From Escherichia phage vB_EcoM_G2540-3, in sequence record MK327944.1: DNA of 64,000 nt. One strand, written 5' to 3'. The translations under genes and the position numbers were made by a program. This document shows, one piece after another, positions 51,057 through 61,357 of the stretch (position 1 is the first letter of the stretch; each line of letters begins with the position of its first letter). The notes under the pieces are model-generated. The model did not search any database and was not told the origin of the DNA. It saw nothing but the letters and a program-made list of their open reading frames with translations.

Positions 51057-52225
51057 GTATGTTACAACGTCCTGGATATCCAAATCTCAGCGTTAAATTA
51101 TTTGAGAGTTATGACGCTTGGAGTAATAATAGATTTGTTGAATTAGCTGCTACTATTACCACATTAACTATGCGTGACTCTCTTTATGGTCGAAATGAAG
51201 GAATGCTGCAGTTTTATGATTCTAAAAATATCCACACAAAAATGGATGGAAATGAAATAATTCAAATTTCTGTAGCTAATGCAAACGATATTAATAATGT
51301 TAAAACACGAATTTATGGATGCAAGCATTTTTCCGTGTCAGTAGATTCAAAAGGCGATAACATCATTGCTATTGAATTGGGAACTATTCATTCTATAGAA
51401 AATCTTAAATTTGGTAGACCATTTTTCCCTGATGCAGGTGAATCTATAAAAGAAATGCTTGGTGTCATTTATCAAGACCGCACATTATTAACTCCAGCAA
51501 TAAATGCTATAAATGCTTATGTTCCTGATATTCCATGGACTAGCACATTTGAAAACTATTTGTCATATGTAAGAGAAGTTGCTCTAGCGGTAGGAAGCGA
51601 TAAGTTCGTATTTGTATGGCAAGACATCATGGGAGTTAACATGATGGACTATGATATGATGATAAATCAAGAACCATATCCAATGATTGTAGGTGAGCCA
51701 ACTTTAATAGGTCAATTCGTCCAAGAATTGAAATATCCATTAGCATATGATTTTGTTTGGTTGACTAAATCAAACCCGCATAAACGTGATCCAATGAAAA
51801 ATGCTACTATCTATGCTCATTCATTTTTAGATTCTTCACTGCCAATGATTACTACAGGAAAGGGTGAAAACTCTATTGTGGTGTCAAGGTCAGGTGCTTA
51901 TTCTGAAATGACTTATAGGAATGGATATGAAGAAGCTATTCGTCTTCAAACTATGGCACAATATGACGGCTATGCTAAATGTTCTACTGTCGGTAATTTT
52001 AACTTGACTCCTGGTGTTAAAATTATTTTTAATGATAGTAAAAACCAATTTAAAACAGAATTTTACGTTGATGAAGTTATCCATGAATTATCCAATAATA
52101 ATTCAGTAACTCATCTATATATGTTCACTAATGCAACGAAACTGGAAACAATAGACCCAGTTAAGGTTAAAAATGAATTTAAATCTGATACTACCACTGA
52201 AGAAAGTAGTTCTTCCAATAAGTAA
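51053..52225 (+). CDS. 27: baseplate hub protein gp27
   Basis: 390 aa, T4 gp27 size. Confidence 0.85.
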   Translation: MSMLQRPGYPNLSVKLFESYDAWSNNRFVELAATITTLTMRDSLYGRNEGMLQFYDSKNIHTKMDGNEIIQISVANANDINNVKTRIYGCKHFSVSVDSKGDNIIAIELGTIHSIENLKFGRPFFPDAGESIKEMLGVIYQDRTLLTPAINAINAYVPDIPWTSTFENYLSYVREVALAVGSDKFVFVWQDIMGVNMMDYDMMINQEPYPMIVGEPTLIGQFVQELKYPLAYDFVWLTKSNPHKRDPMKNATIYAHSFLDSSLPMITTGKGENSIVVSRSGAYSEMTYRNGYEEAIRLQTMAQYDGYAKCSTVGNFNLTPGVKIIFNDSKNQFKTEFYVDEVIHELSNNNSVTHLYMFTNATKLETIDPVKVKNEFKSDTTTEESSSSNK

Positions 52226-52706
52226 TAAAGAAGTTTCTATTCCTAAAATGGGTCTTAAACATTATAACATTTTAAAGGATGTTAAAGGTCCTGATGAAAA
52301 TTTAAAACTTCTTATTGATTCTATTTGTCCGAATTTATCACCGGCAGAAGTTGATTTCGTTTCTATTCATTTATTGGAATTTAATGGAAAGATTAAATCT
52401 CGTAAAGAAATAGATGGTTATACTTATGACATTAATGATGTTTATGTGTGCCAAAGATTAGAATTTCAATACCAAGGAAATACATTTTATTTTAGACCTC
52501 CTGGAAAATTTGAACAATTTTTAACGGTGAGCGATATGTTATCCAAATGCTTGCTTAAGGTCAATGATGAAGTTAAAGAAATTAATTTTCTTGAGATGCC
52601 AGCATTCGTTTTAAAATGGGCAAATGATATTTTTACAACTTTAGCAATTCCTGGCCCTAATGGTCCAATAACCGGAATTGGCAATATTATTGGATTATTT
52701 GAATGA
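52173..52706 (+). CDS. 28: baseplate hub distal protein gp28
   Basis: 177 aa, T4 gp28 size. Confidence 0.8.
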   Translation: MNLNLILPLKKVVLPISNKEVSIPKMGLKHYNILKDVKGPDENLKLLIDSICPNLSPAEVDFVSIHLLEFNGKIKSRKEIDGYTYDINDVYVCQRLEFQYQGNTFYFRPPGKFEQFLTVSDMLSKCLLKVNDEVKEINFLEMPAFVLKWANDIFTTLAIPGPNGPITGIGNIIGLFE

Positions 52707-54475
52707 AAAAGCCACAAGAAATGCAAACGATGCGTAGAAAAGTTATTTCAGATAATAAACCAACACAGGAAGCGGCTAAATCCGCTTCTAACACTTTATC
52801 TGGACTTAACGATATATCTACGAAATTGGATGATGCTCAAGCTGCTTCTGAATTAATTGCTCAAACTGTTGAAGAAAAATCGAATGAAATAATTGGAGCA
52901 ATTGACAATGTAGAAAGCGCAGTGAGTGATACTACTGCTGGTTCTGAGTTAATTGCTGAAACTGTCGAAATTGGCAATAATATTAATAAAGAAATCGGTG
53001 AATCGCTCGGAAGTAAATTAGATAAATTAACGAGTTTACTCGAGCAAAAAATCCAGACAGCCGGAATTCAACAAACAGGAACTAGTTTAGCTACGGTTGA
53101 AAGCGCTATTCCTGTTAAAGTTGTTGAGGACGATACAGCTGAATCCGTGGGTCCTTTATTACCAGCTCCTGAAGCAGTTAATAATGATCCTGATGCTGAT
53201 TTTTTCCCTACCCCTCAGCCAGTTGAACCTAAACAAGAATCGCCAGAAGAAAAACAGAAAAAAGAAGCATTTAACTTAAAATTATCTCAAGCTTTAGATA
53301 AATTAACAAAGACTGTTGATTTTGGATTTAAGAAATCTATTTCAATTAGTGATAAAATATCAAGCATGTTATTTAAGTATACCGTTAGTGCTGCTATTGA
53401 AGCTGCTAAAATGACTGCAATGATATTGGCTGTTGTTGTTGGAATAGATCTGTTGATGGTTCACTTCAAATATTGGTCAGATAAATTTTCGCAGGCATGG
53501 GATTTGTTTAGTACAAACTTTACCAAATTCTCTAGCGAAACCGGAACGTGGGGTCCTTTATTACAGAGCATCTTTGATTCTATTGATAAAATTAAACAAC
53601 TTTGGGAAGCGGGAGATTGGGGTGGATTGACAGCAGCTATTGTTGAAGGACTCGGAAGTGTTCTTTTTAATTTAGGTGAACTTATTCAATTAGGTATGGC
53701 TAAATTATCTGCTGCAATTCTTCGAGTCATTCCTGGTATGAAGGATACTGCTGATGAAGTAGAAGGAAGAGCATTAGAAAATTTCCAAAATTCTACTGGA
53801 GCATCTCTCAATAAAGAAGACCAGGAAAAAGTTGCAAATTATCAAGATAAACGAATGAATGGAGACCTTGGTCCGATAGCAAAAGGATTAGATAAAATTG
53901 CTAATTGGAAAACTCGTGCATCTAATTGGATTCGTGGAGTTGATAATAAAGAAGCACTAACTACTGACGAAGAGCGTGCGGCAGAAGAAGAAAAATTAAA
54001 GCAACTTTCACCTGAAGAAAGAAAAAATGCTTTAATGAAGGCTAATGAAGCCCGTGCCGCAATGATTCGCTTTGAAAAATATGCTGATTCAGCTGATATG
54101 AGTAAAGACTCAACGGTTAAATCAGTTGAAGCTGCCTATGAAGACCTTAAAAAACGGATGGATGACCCGGATTTAAATAATTCACCGGCAGTTAAAAAAG
54201 AACTTGCTGCTAGATTTTCTAAAATTGATGCTACTTATCAAGAGCTCAAGAAAAATCAGCCTAATGCCAAACCTGAAACTTCTGCTAAATCACCAGAAGC
54301 GAAACAAGTCCAGGTGATTGAAAAGAACAAAGCACAGCAAGCTCCTGTTCAACAAGCATCTCCTTCAATCAATAATACTAATAATGTTATTAAGAAAAAT
54401 ACTGTCGTTCATAATATGACACCCGTAACGAGCACGACTGCTCCTGGTGTATTTGATGCGACTGGAGTTAATTAA
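52703..54475 (+). CDS. 29: tail length tape-measure / baseplate hub protein gp29
   Basis: 590 aa with hydrophobic central segment. Confidence 0.85.
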   Translation: MKKPQEMQTMRRKVISDNKPTQEAAKSASNTLSGLNDISTKLDDAQAASELIAQTVEEKSNEIIGAIDNVESAVSDTTAGSELIAETVEIGNNINKEIGESLGSKLDKLTSLLEQKIQTAGIQQTGTSLATVESAIPVKVVEDDTAESVGPLLPAPEAVNNDPDADFFPTPQPVEPKQESPEEKQKKEAFNLKLSQALDKLTKTVDFGFKKSISISDKISSMLFKYTVSAAIEAAKMTAMILAVVVGIDLLMVHFKYWSDKFSQAWDLFSTNFTKFSSETGTWGPLLQSIFDSIDKIKQLWEAGDWGGLTAAIVEGLGSVLFNLGELIQLGMAKLSAAILRVIPGMKDTADEVEGRALENFQNSTGASLNKEDQEKVANYQDKRMNGDLGPIAKGLDKIANWKTRASNWIRGVDNKEALTTDEERAAEEEKLKQLSPEERKNALMKANEARAAMIRFEKYADSADMSKDSTVKSVEAAYEDLKKRMDDPDLNNSPAVKKELAARFSKIDATYQELKKNQPNAKPETSAKSPEAKQVQVIEKNKAQQAPVQQASPSINNTNNVIKKNTVVHNMTPVTSTTAPGVFDATGVN

Positions 54476-54483
54476 GGAATAAT

Positions 54484-55578
54484 ATGGCAATTGTTAAAGA
54501 AATAACTGCTGATTTAATTAAAAAGTCTGGTGAGAAAATTTCAGCCGGACAGAGTACTAAATCAGAAGTAGGAACTAAAACATACACTGCCCAGTTTCCA
54601 ACTGGGCGTGCTAGTGGTAATGACACTACAGGGGACTTCCAGGTAACAGATCTATATAAGAATGGATTATTATTTACTGCATACAATATGTCATCTAGGG
54701 ATTCTGGAAGTCTTAGATCGATGAGATCTAACTACTCTTCTTCATCTTCGAGTATTTTACGTACAGCTAGAAACACTATTAGTAGTACAGTATCAAAACT
54801 ATCAAATGGATTAATATCAAATAATAATTCAGGAACAATAAGTAAAGCTCTTGTCGCAAACATTCTTTTACCGAGATCTAAATCTGATGTTGACACATCA
54901 TCACATAGATTTAATGATGTTCAAGAAAGCCTTATCAGTAGAGGCGGAGGTACTGCTACTGGTGTGCTAAGTAATGTTGCTTCAACCGCAGTATTTGGGG
55001 CACTGGAAAGTATAACACAAGGTATAATGGCTGATAATAATGAACAGATTTATACGACAGCCAGAAGTATGTATGGTGGTGCTGAAAATAGAACTAAAGT
55101 GTTTACATGGGATTTGACTCCACGTTCAACAGAAGATTTAATGGCTATTATTAATATCTATCAATATTTTAACTATTTTTCTTATGGTGAAACAGGTAAA
55201 TCTCAATACGCTGCTGAAATAAAGGGGTATTTAGATGATTGGTATCGTTCTACGTTAATTGAACCTTTATCTCCGGAAGACGCAGCTAAAAATAAAACAC
55301 TATTTGAGAAAATGACAGCAAGTTTAACGAACGTTCTAGTAGTTTCAAACCCGACAGTTTGGATGGTGAAAAACTTTGGCGCAACATCTAAGTTTGATGG
55401 AAAAACGGAAATATTTGGTCCATGCCAAATACAGAGCATTAGATTTGATAAAACCCCTAATGGTAACTTTAACGGATTAGCTATTGCTCCAAACCTCCCT
55501 AGTACATTTACTCTCGAGATTACTATGAGAGAAATTATCACGTTAAACCGTGCTTCTTTATATGCGGGGACTTTTTAA
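54484..55578 (+). CDS. 48: baseplate-tail tube junction protein gp48
   Basis: 364 aa, T4 gp48 size. Confidence 0.85.
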   Translation: MAIVKEITADLIKKSGEKISAGQSTKSEVGTKTYTAQFPTGRASGNDTTGDFQVTDLYKNGLLFTAYNMSSRDSGSLRSMRSNYSSSSSSILRTARNTISSTVSKLSNGLISNNNSGTISKALVANILLPRSKSDVDTSSHRFNDVQESLISRGGGTATGVLSNVASTAVFGALESITQGIMADNNEQIYTTARSMYGGAENRTKVFTWDLTPRSTEDLMAIINIYQYFNYFSYGETGKSQYAAEIKGYLDDWYRSTLIEPLSPEDAAKNKTLFEKMTASLTNVLVVSNPTVWMVKNFGATSKFDGKTEIFGPCQIQSIRFDKTPNGNFNGLAIAPNLPSTFTLEITMREIITLNRASLYAGTF

Positions 55579-56543
55579 TGTATTCTTTAGAGGAATTTAA
55601 TAATCAAGCAATAAACGCAGATTTCCAACGTAATAATATGTTTAGCTGCGTTTTTGCAACAACTCCATCAACTAAAAGCTCTTCGTTGATAAGTTCAATT
55701 AGCAACTTTTCTTATAATAACTTGGGCCTAAATTCAAATTGGTTAGGATTAACTCAAGGTGATATTAATCAGGGAATTACCACGCTAATTACCGCTGGCA
55801 CACAAAAACTAATAAGAAAATCAGGAGTCAGTAAATATCTTATTGGTGCCATGAGTCAACGTACTGTCCAGAGTTTATTAGGCTCATTTACAGTCGGTAC
55901 ATATTTAATCGATTTCTTTAATATGGCGTATAATTCATCTGGATTGATGATATATTCTGTAAAAATGCCAGAGAATAGATTATCCTATGAAACTGACTGG
56001 AACTATAATTCTCCTAATATTCGTATAACTGGGAGAGAATTAGACCCTTTGGTTATTTCATTTAGAATGGATTCAGAAGCTTGTAACTATCGTGCAATGC
56101 AAGACTGGGTTAACTCCGTTCAAGACCCAGTAACTGGACTACGTGCTTTGCCGCAAGATGTCGAGGCAGATATTCAGGTTAATCTTCATTCTCGTAATGG
56201 ATTGCCTCATACTGCGGTGATGTTCACCGGATGCATTCCAATATCAGTGAGCGCTCCTGAGTTATCGTATGATGGAGATAACCAAATAACTACATTTGAT
56301 GTTACTTTTGCGTATAGAGTGATGCAGGCTGGAGCAGTTGATAGGCAAGCTGCGCTTGAATGGCTTGAATCTGCTGCTATAAATGGTATTCAAAGCGTTC
56401 TCGGAAATAGTGGAGGTGTTACTGGACTATCTAATTCGCTTTCACGACTCAGTAGATTAGGTGGAACTGCAGGAAGCATTTCAAACATTAATACTATGAC
56501 AGGAATTGTCAATTCGCAAAGTAAAATATTAGGAGCAATATAA
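55578..56543 (+). CDS. 54: baseplate-tail tube initiator gp54
   Basis: 321 aa, T4 gp54 size. Confidence 0.85.
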   Translation: MYSLEEFNNQAINADFQRNNMFSCVFATTPSTKSSSLISSISNFSYNNLGLNSNWLGLTQGDINQGITTLITAGTQKLIRKSGVSKYLIGAMSQRTVQSLLGSFTVGTYLIDFFNMAYNSSGLMIYSVKMPENRLSYETDWNYNSPNIRITGRELDPLVISFRMDSEACNYRAMQDWVNSVQDPVTGLRALPQDVEADIQVNLHSRNGLPHTAVMFTGCIPISVSAPELSYDGDNQITTFDVTFAYRVMQAGAVDRQAALEWLESAAINGIQSVLGNSGGVTGLSNSLSRLSRLGGTAGSISNINTMTGIVNSQSKILGAI

Positions 56544-56545
56544 CA

Positions 56546-56577
56546 ATGGGGACCGAAAGGTCCCCATATTTTTATTT
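56546..56577. terminator. bidirectional terminator between gene 54 and the alt region
   Basis: ATGGGGACC-GAAA-GGTCCCCAT followed by ATTTTTATTT. Confidence 0.7.
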
Positions 56578-56862
56578 ACGGAATGAAATGAAAGCAGCAA
56601 CTGAAGCAACTAAACTGTCTTCAATATAAACTTCAATTTTTACCGGAGCTTCTGACTCAAATTTACCTGTTACTACACCCTGAAAAATACTTTCAGTCTG
56701 TTCTGGCTTTGAAAAATTTTCAGAAGGAAAAATTCCAAACTTTTTATCTGTTCCGAAAATTTTGATAAATTCATCATAAACTGCTTCATTAAAAGCATTA
56801 TCAGCAGGAATAACGCCTTCAACTACAAGTTCTTGACCTAAAAAGCGTAAAGAAGATTTCAT
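56572..56862 (-). CDS. hypothetical protein (alt.-3-like)
   Basis: 96-aa ORF. Confidence 0.55.
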   Translation of the reverse strand: MKSSLRFLGQELVVEGVIPADNAFNEAVYDEFIKIFGTDKKFGIFPSENFSKPEQTESIFQGVVTGKFESEAPVKIEVYIEDSLVASVAAFISFRK

Positions 56863-56894
56863 TTTGTGTTCCTCATGTTATGTCAGTAAGACTA

Positions 56895-57280
56895 CTATAA
56901 CACAACACGAGGGACTTGTAAACTACATTTTGAACTTTTTAGTACGCGTAATAGGCATGCGTCGATTTTATACTGTTTCATTGTTTGAAGAGCAGTATCA
57001 AAAACAGCATTAATGACACCAATTGGATTTCCACCCAAGTTTTTAAGCTTAACTAATGATAGTTTCTCATTAACACCTATCATTACGATATGCATCATTT
57101 TATCGCCCGGCTTAACGTTTTATTCGTATCACCGCCAGAGGTGTATGTACAAAATCTAAATCCAGGAAGCACGCTTTCTTCGCCGGCTTGAATAGCAAAA
57201 ATTTGTGGTATTTTATGCTTAGGATTTAAGTTAACAACCGGCGCCGAAGCGCCGTCAAATAATTCTGTAATAAGTTCCAT
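56895..57280 (-). pseudogene. decayed paralog of the alt N-terminal region, interrupted by a frameshift
   Basis: ORFs 57095..57280 and 56895..57098 in different frames together align to alt residues 1 to about 125; 1-nt indel relative to alt. Confidence 0.6.
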
Positions 57281-57283
57281 GAT

Positions 57284-57610
57284 TTATCCTTGAACGAACT
57301 TGTAAGGCATGTTTGCAATATCTATGCAAGACGCAATAATTCCAAGAGATGATTCTACTTTCTGTTTAACATTTGATGAAACAAATGATGCAAAGTCAAC
57401 TCTATCTTCTATATCACCTGTCATTGTAACCAATTCACCAGTTTCCATTAAACGGTCACCGTCATAGATTACCGATTCGGTGAGTTCTTCTGTGGTCATA
57501 ACTTCAGCTTGAATAAGCTTGTTGTTAGTTCTAACTGTTCCATCGTTGTAAGATGCATCGGTTATTTTATTAACTTTGACCATTAATCCACGTGGCAAAA
57601 TGACTTCCAT
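57284..57610 (-). CDS. alt C-terminal fragment (108 aa) detached by the 55-bp duplication; starts within the E-M-E motif
   Basis: Frame is continuous with alt if one repeat copy is removed; weak RBS, so probably not expressed on its own. Confidence 0.6.
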   Translation of the reverse strand: MEVILPRGLMVKVNKITDASYNDGTVRTNNKLIQAEVMTTEELTESVIYDGDRLMETGELVTMTGDIEDRVDFASFVSSNVKQKVESSLGIIASCIDIANMPYKFVQG

Positions 57611-57623
57611 TTCATTTGAAGGC

Positions 57624-57678
57624 GCTAAACTTCCACCGGGTAAAACAACATTGACCTTATCAGCCCCAGTAATAACCC
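57624..57678. repeat. 55-bp perfect tandem duplication, copy 1 (contains the premature alt stop)
   Basis: gctaaacttccaccgggtaaaacaacattgaccttatcagccccagtaataaccc, identical to 57679-57733. Confidence 0.95.
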
Positions 57679-59393
57679 GCTAAACTTCCACCGGGTAAAA
57701 CAACATTGACCTTATCAGCCCCAGTAATAACCCATCCAATTCCAACTAAATTATCGCTAGAATTTACTAGTCCTTCATCAGTTTTATCAATAGAAACACT
57801 TAGACGCTTTTCGTCTGGTAAAACACCTATAGATGAATCAGTCATCCAAGTACCAAAAATATTTGGATATAATGATGTTGACACAAAGTTTCTAAAATAA
57901 AAAACTCGATTTTTTACCATTGCTTCATATATTGAAGGTAACATTCGTTGTGAACGATACAAAGTAATACCTTTTGGTAATCGTTCACCATTTTTAAAGG
58001 CTGAATCTAAATTATCAATGGCTTGTTCTATTTCAGGTGCTGTTAAAATACTTGTACGCTCATCTGGATTATATAATCCCAAAAGAGCATTATTTATGTC
58101 TACATATCCTGAACCTACATATTCACGAATTCCGCGTTTTTGCGCTGGTGTGTATTTAGATGAATCTTTATTTTCGACTATAGGATGTAATGACCATCCA
58201 GCGGTAAGAGCATATCCACGTAATTCTCTTCGAATAATCTTTGTTTTTATTGCATTCCAAGAATTTTGCACTAACTCATTATTCGCAGCGTCTTGATTTA
58301 AATGCGAATGTCTGTTAATATTTCTTTCAAACCAGGCACCTTTATATTTTTCTAAAGTATCATCGACGATAGAAGCAATAGTTTCTAAAGTTTTTATTGA
58401 AGTAATAGATTCTTTTCGTAATTTTTCTAAAGCTTTATTTTTTATTTCTGCATTAATAATGGATTCTTTATCTTCAGGAATTATAGAAGCTTCTCTGAAT
58501 GCCATCCCAGCTGTAACACTGCTAAGAGCATTCTCTAGTGCAAATCCTGAAGTAGAAATTACCGTTAATTCATTAGAATCAGAAATTAAAGGCGCGTCCG
58601 CTGGTTTATTTAATTCTGCCGCTGAAGCCTCAAATTTTTGAAACATCGGTGTTTCAAATCTAGAAGATTCCAATGACTGACTTTGTGCAATTGCTCTACG
58701 GGAAATTTTAACTTTAACGATTACAGCTTGGTCAGAACGTTTATCATTTTCTTGTGCAATAGATGCTGCAATTGCCTCATTTTTAGTTACTTGAGCTCCA
58801 GTATCTTTATTGATATAAACATCACCGACCTTCGATTCAACTTTAGTAAAGAGCTCGGTACTAATTTCCGGAACCCCTGGAATGTCTTCTAGTGATACAT
58901 TTTTGCGATGTATAAGAATATATGCATACTTTTTATCATAATCCCAGAGTTCCTTAAGAAGGACGTATCTGCCACCTGAACGACTACGGATAAGTCTATC
59001 AGCAATAACTTGAATTTGTCGAGCTTGGCCAGCAGTTTTAGACTTAAGAATACGAAGCATACAAGCATCAATTTTATACTGACGCATTGTTTGCATTGCA
59101 ACAGTAAAAACCGAATTGATATAATTAATTGGGCTTGGACCAAGACCTTTCAATTTAGCAATTGAACCTTTAGCGGTTAATGTAAAAGGAACAATATGCA
59201 TCATTTTATCGCCCATCTTTAAATCACGATTAGTATCACCTCCAGATGTATAGGTACATAAACGAAAGCCTGGTTGTTCAATTGCGTCATCAACATGAAC
59301 TGAAAAAATTTGCGGTATTTTCTTCTTTGGATTTAAGTTTGTAATCGGAAGAGTAGTATCTTCGTCAAATAATTCTGTAATTAGTTCCATCAT
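57660..59393 (-). CDS. alt: ADP-ribosyltransferase Alt, truncated (577 aa; about 684 aa expected if uninterrupted)
   Basis: Late promoter and RBS upstream; C-terminal region has TLYRSQ and FVSTSL (R and STS motifs); ends in frameshifted tail GYYWG-stop inside repeat copy 1. Confidence 0.75.
   Translation of the reverse strand: MMELITELFDEDTTLPITNLNPKKKIPQIFSVHVDDAIEQPGFRLCTYTSGGDTNRDLKMGDKMMHIVPFTLTAKGSIAKLKGLGPSPINYINSVFTVAMQTMRQYKIDACMLRILKSKTAGQARQIQVIADRLIRSRSGGRYVLLKELWDYDKKYAYILIHRKNVSLEDIPGVPEISTELFTKVESKVGDVYINKDTGAQVTKNEAIAASIAQENDKRSDQAVIVKVKISRRAIAQSQSLESSRFETPMFQKFEASAAELNKPADAPLISDSNELTVISTSGFALENALSSVTAGMAFREASIIPEDKESIINAEIKNKALEKLRKESITSIKTLETIASIVDDTLEKYKGAWFERNINRHSHLNQDAANNELVQNSWNAIKTKIIRRELRGYALTAGWSLHPIVENKDSSKYTPAQKRGIREYVGSGYVDINNALLGLYNPDERTSILTAPEIEQAIDNLDSAFKNGERLPKGITLYRSQRMLPSIYEAMVKNRVFYFRNFVSTSLYPNIFGTWMTDSSIGVLPDEKRLSVSIDKTDEGLVNSSDNLVGIGWVITGADKVNVVLPGGSLAGYYWG
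57679..57733. repeat. 55-bp perfect tandem duplication, copy 2
   Basis: Identical to copy 1. Confidence 0.95.
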
Positions 59394-59413
59394 ATCCTCT
59401 CTAGTGTTTATTC

Positions 59414-59421
59414 TATTTATA
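59414..59421 (-). promoter_or_regulatory. late promoter TATAAATA for alt
   Basis: Minus-strand TATAAATA, then GAGAGGA RBS and ATG. Confidence 0.6.
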
Positions 59422-59426
59422 AAATT

Positions 59427-59444
59427 AAAGGCCCGAAGGCCTTT
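59427..59444 (-). other. RNA hairpin (UUCG loop on the minus transcript)
   Basis: Minus-strand AAAGGCCTTCGGGCCTTT after the 59443..59631 ORF. Confidence 0.45.
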
Positions 59445-59631
59445 AGTAATCTAGTGGTAAGAGAGTACGATATATTTCAAACTTTGGTCCTTTTTCATAG
59501 GCATCAAATGTTTCTGTGAATTTATTATAAGCGTATGCATCTACAAATTCGAGAATGACTTGTGATACAGAAGTAGAAACATCTCCACCTTCTTTTTGAG
59601 CAATGACAATTGTTTCTAAGTAAGCTTTCAT
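59443..59631 (-). CDS. hypothetical small protein
   Basis: 62-aa ORF overlapping ligase stop by 4 bp. Confidence 0.5.
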   Translation of the reverse strand: MKAYLETIVIAQKEGGDVSTSVSQVILEFVDAYAYNKFTETFDAYEKGPKFEIYRTLLPLDY

Positions 59632-61091
59632 AGACCAGTTACCTCATGAAAATCACCAAATACATCTTCGAACGTATTAGCTTTAGTTTTATCTTCGCGT
59701 AAACGAATCGCAATCGGAAGAAATAATTTAACGTAATCAGTGCGGCCATCAGATTTTAACCAACCGTTGCATTCGCACTCTAGAATTTTTCCAATATAAT
59801 AATTTTGGTTTTCCATAATGCGAGTACGGTCAAGTTCATGCGATTTTACACCGGCTTTATCTTTTAAGCCTGAACCAGCATTTACCTTAATTTTTCCACA
59901 CTCTGACTCAAGAATAAATCCACCTGCTTTAGTAGGGTCTTTACGGTGAGGATAAATTCCTACAATTTTTAAATCAACATCAATTACTTCTTTAAATTTA
60001 TAGAGATTTTTTGAACGAGCATTTTCCCATAATCCATCGATATTTTTGAGAATAATACCTTCAAGACCTTGGTCAATATACTTTTTATAAATTACCTTAG
60101 CTTCATCTAGGTTATTTACTACCTGGTTTTCAATTAAAATTACTTTATCATAGCCTGATGTCATTTGTTCTAGTTTAGAAAAACGTACATCATATTTCAA
60201 ACGAAATGCAGGAAGACCGTATATTTCTACCAACGGAACATAATCCCAGACCTGAAACTTCATGCATTGAGCTTCTTTTTCAGAAATGGTTCCCTTTAAA
60301 GATTTATTGGCGATGCCATTAGATGCAGTACGTGATTCAGCTACTTCTGTGAAGTCTTTAACTTTACTGTTTTCAGGATGAGCATCAAAAAGAAAATCTA
60401 GGCCTTCTGGCTCCTTTTTAACTTGCTCATGGTATACCAATTCGCCATCAATTAACACGCCTTCTGGATGAATCTGGCGGGCTTCAGCGGTCATTTTGAT
60501 TAATTCTTCCTTAAGAAGATCTAATCCTAGATATTCATTACCGGCTCGTGATAAAAGACGAACATCATCTAATTCATCACCTCTGACTTCGGCAAAGCAC
60601 CGAGCCCCATCAGCTTTTAACTGGGCAAAGGCTGGAAATTTGATATTCTTATTAATGCCTTTTTCATCATAAGAACTTGCAAGCATTTGAGGTTGTTCAG
60701 GAATTAAACCTGGCCAAACTTTGTTTGCAATAGATACTGAAGCACCACATTCAAGGTCTCGCATCATCACTCGACGCAAAACTTCAACATCATCTTTTTT
60801 ACCATCGGTGATATATCCAGATAATTCCTCAATTGCCGCATTTCCGGTCAATTTCCGAGTAGCTAACGTGAATTCAATGAAGTCAAGCATATCGGTAAGA
60901 GTCAACATTCCAAAACTCTGGGTAGCAATACCAGGTTTAGGCCATTTCTTAATATAATACTGCAACCCACGAGAATAAGTCAGACGATATACTCGTTTAA
61001 GCAATTCATTATCTTTATTCTTTTCAAGAATTGCTTGCTTCTGCTTAGTTGAACCAATAGATGCTATTTCGTTCAGAATTTTAAGAATCAT
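59628..61091 (-). CDS. 30: ATP-dependent DNA ligase
   Basis: 487 aa (T4 ligase size); adenylation motif KADG in FAQLKADGARCF. Confidence 0.9.
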   Translation of the reverse strand: MILKILNEIASIGSTKQKQAILEKNKDNELLKRVYRLTYSRGLQYYIKKWPKPGIATQSFGMLTLTDMLDFIEFTLATRKLTGNAAIEELSGYITDGKKDDVEVLRRVMMRDLECGASVSIANKVWPGLIPEQPQMLASSYDEKGINKNIKFPAFAQLKADGARCFAEVRGDELDDVRLLSRAGNEYLGLDLLKEELIKMTAEARQIHPEGVLIDGELVYHEQVKKEPEGLDFLFDAHPENSKVKDFTEVAESRTASNGIANKSLKGTISEKEAQCMKFQVWDYVPLVEIYGLPAFRLKYDVRFSKLEQMTSGYDKVILIENQVVNNLDEAKVIYKKYIDQGLEGIILKNIDGLWENARSKNLYKFKEVIDVDLKIVGIYPHRKDPTKAGGFILESECGKIKVNAGSGLKDKAGVKSHELDRTRIMENQNYYIGKILECECNGWLKSDGRTDYVKLFLPIAIRLREDKTKANTFEDVFGDFHEVTGL

Positions 61092-61357
61092 TATTTATCC
61101 TTCAGAGTTTGATTTACAGTTCTATTATAAATCAATTCATCATTAAGCTCAGGCAAAGACTTATGATATGTAGTTCTAACTTTATTTCCTTGCATCCAGT
61201 GCTTGACGTAAATGAAACCTTGCTCTACACATTTTTTAAAAATTCGTTCGTCTTTTTGAGCTCGGAATTCTGGATTGCATCTAAAAAATTGATTTACGTG
61301 ACCGTAATCACGTGTAGTATTACCTTCATTTTCATAAATAGTGTGAACAACAAACAT
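61091..61357 (-). CDS. hypothetical protein (30.1-like)
   Basis: 88-aa ORF. Confidence 0.55.
   Translation of the reverse strand: MFVVHTIYENEGNTTRDYGHVNQFFRCNPEFRAQKDERIFKKCVEQGFIYVKHWMQGNKVRTTYHKSLPELNDELIYNRTVNQTLKDK

Noticed and set aside
57624-57733. Programmed ribosomal frameshift as the explanation for the split alt ORF
   Set aside because: No slippery heptamer or pseudoknot at the junction; a perfect 55-bp duplication is better explained as a mutation or assembly artefact. Not fully excluded.
57706-58892. Several 60-92-aa plus-strand ORFs inside alt
   Set aside because: Antisense to the alt frame, with no signals.
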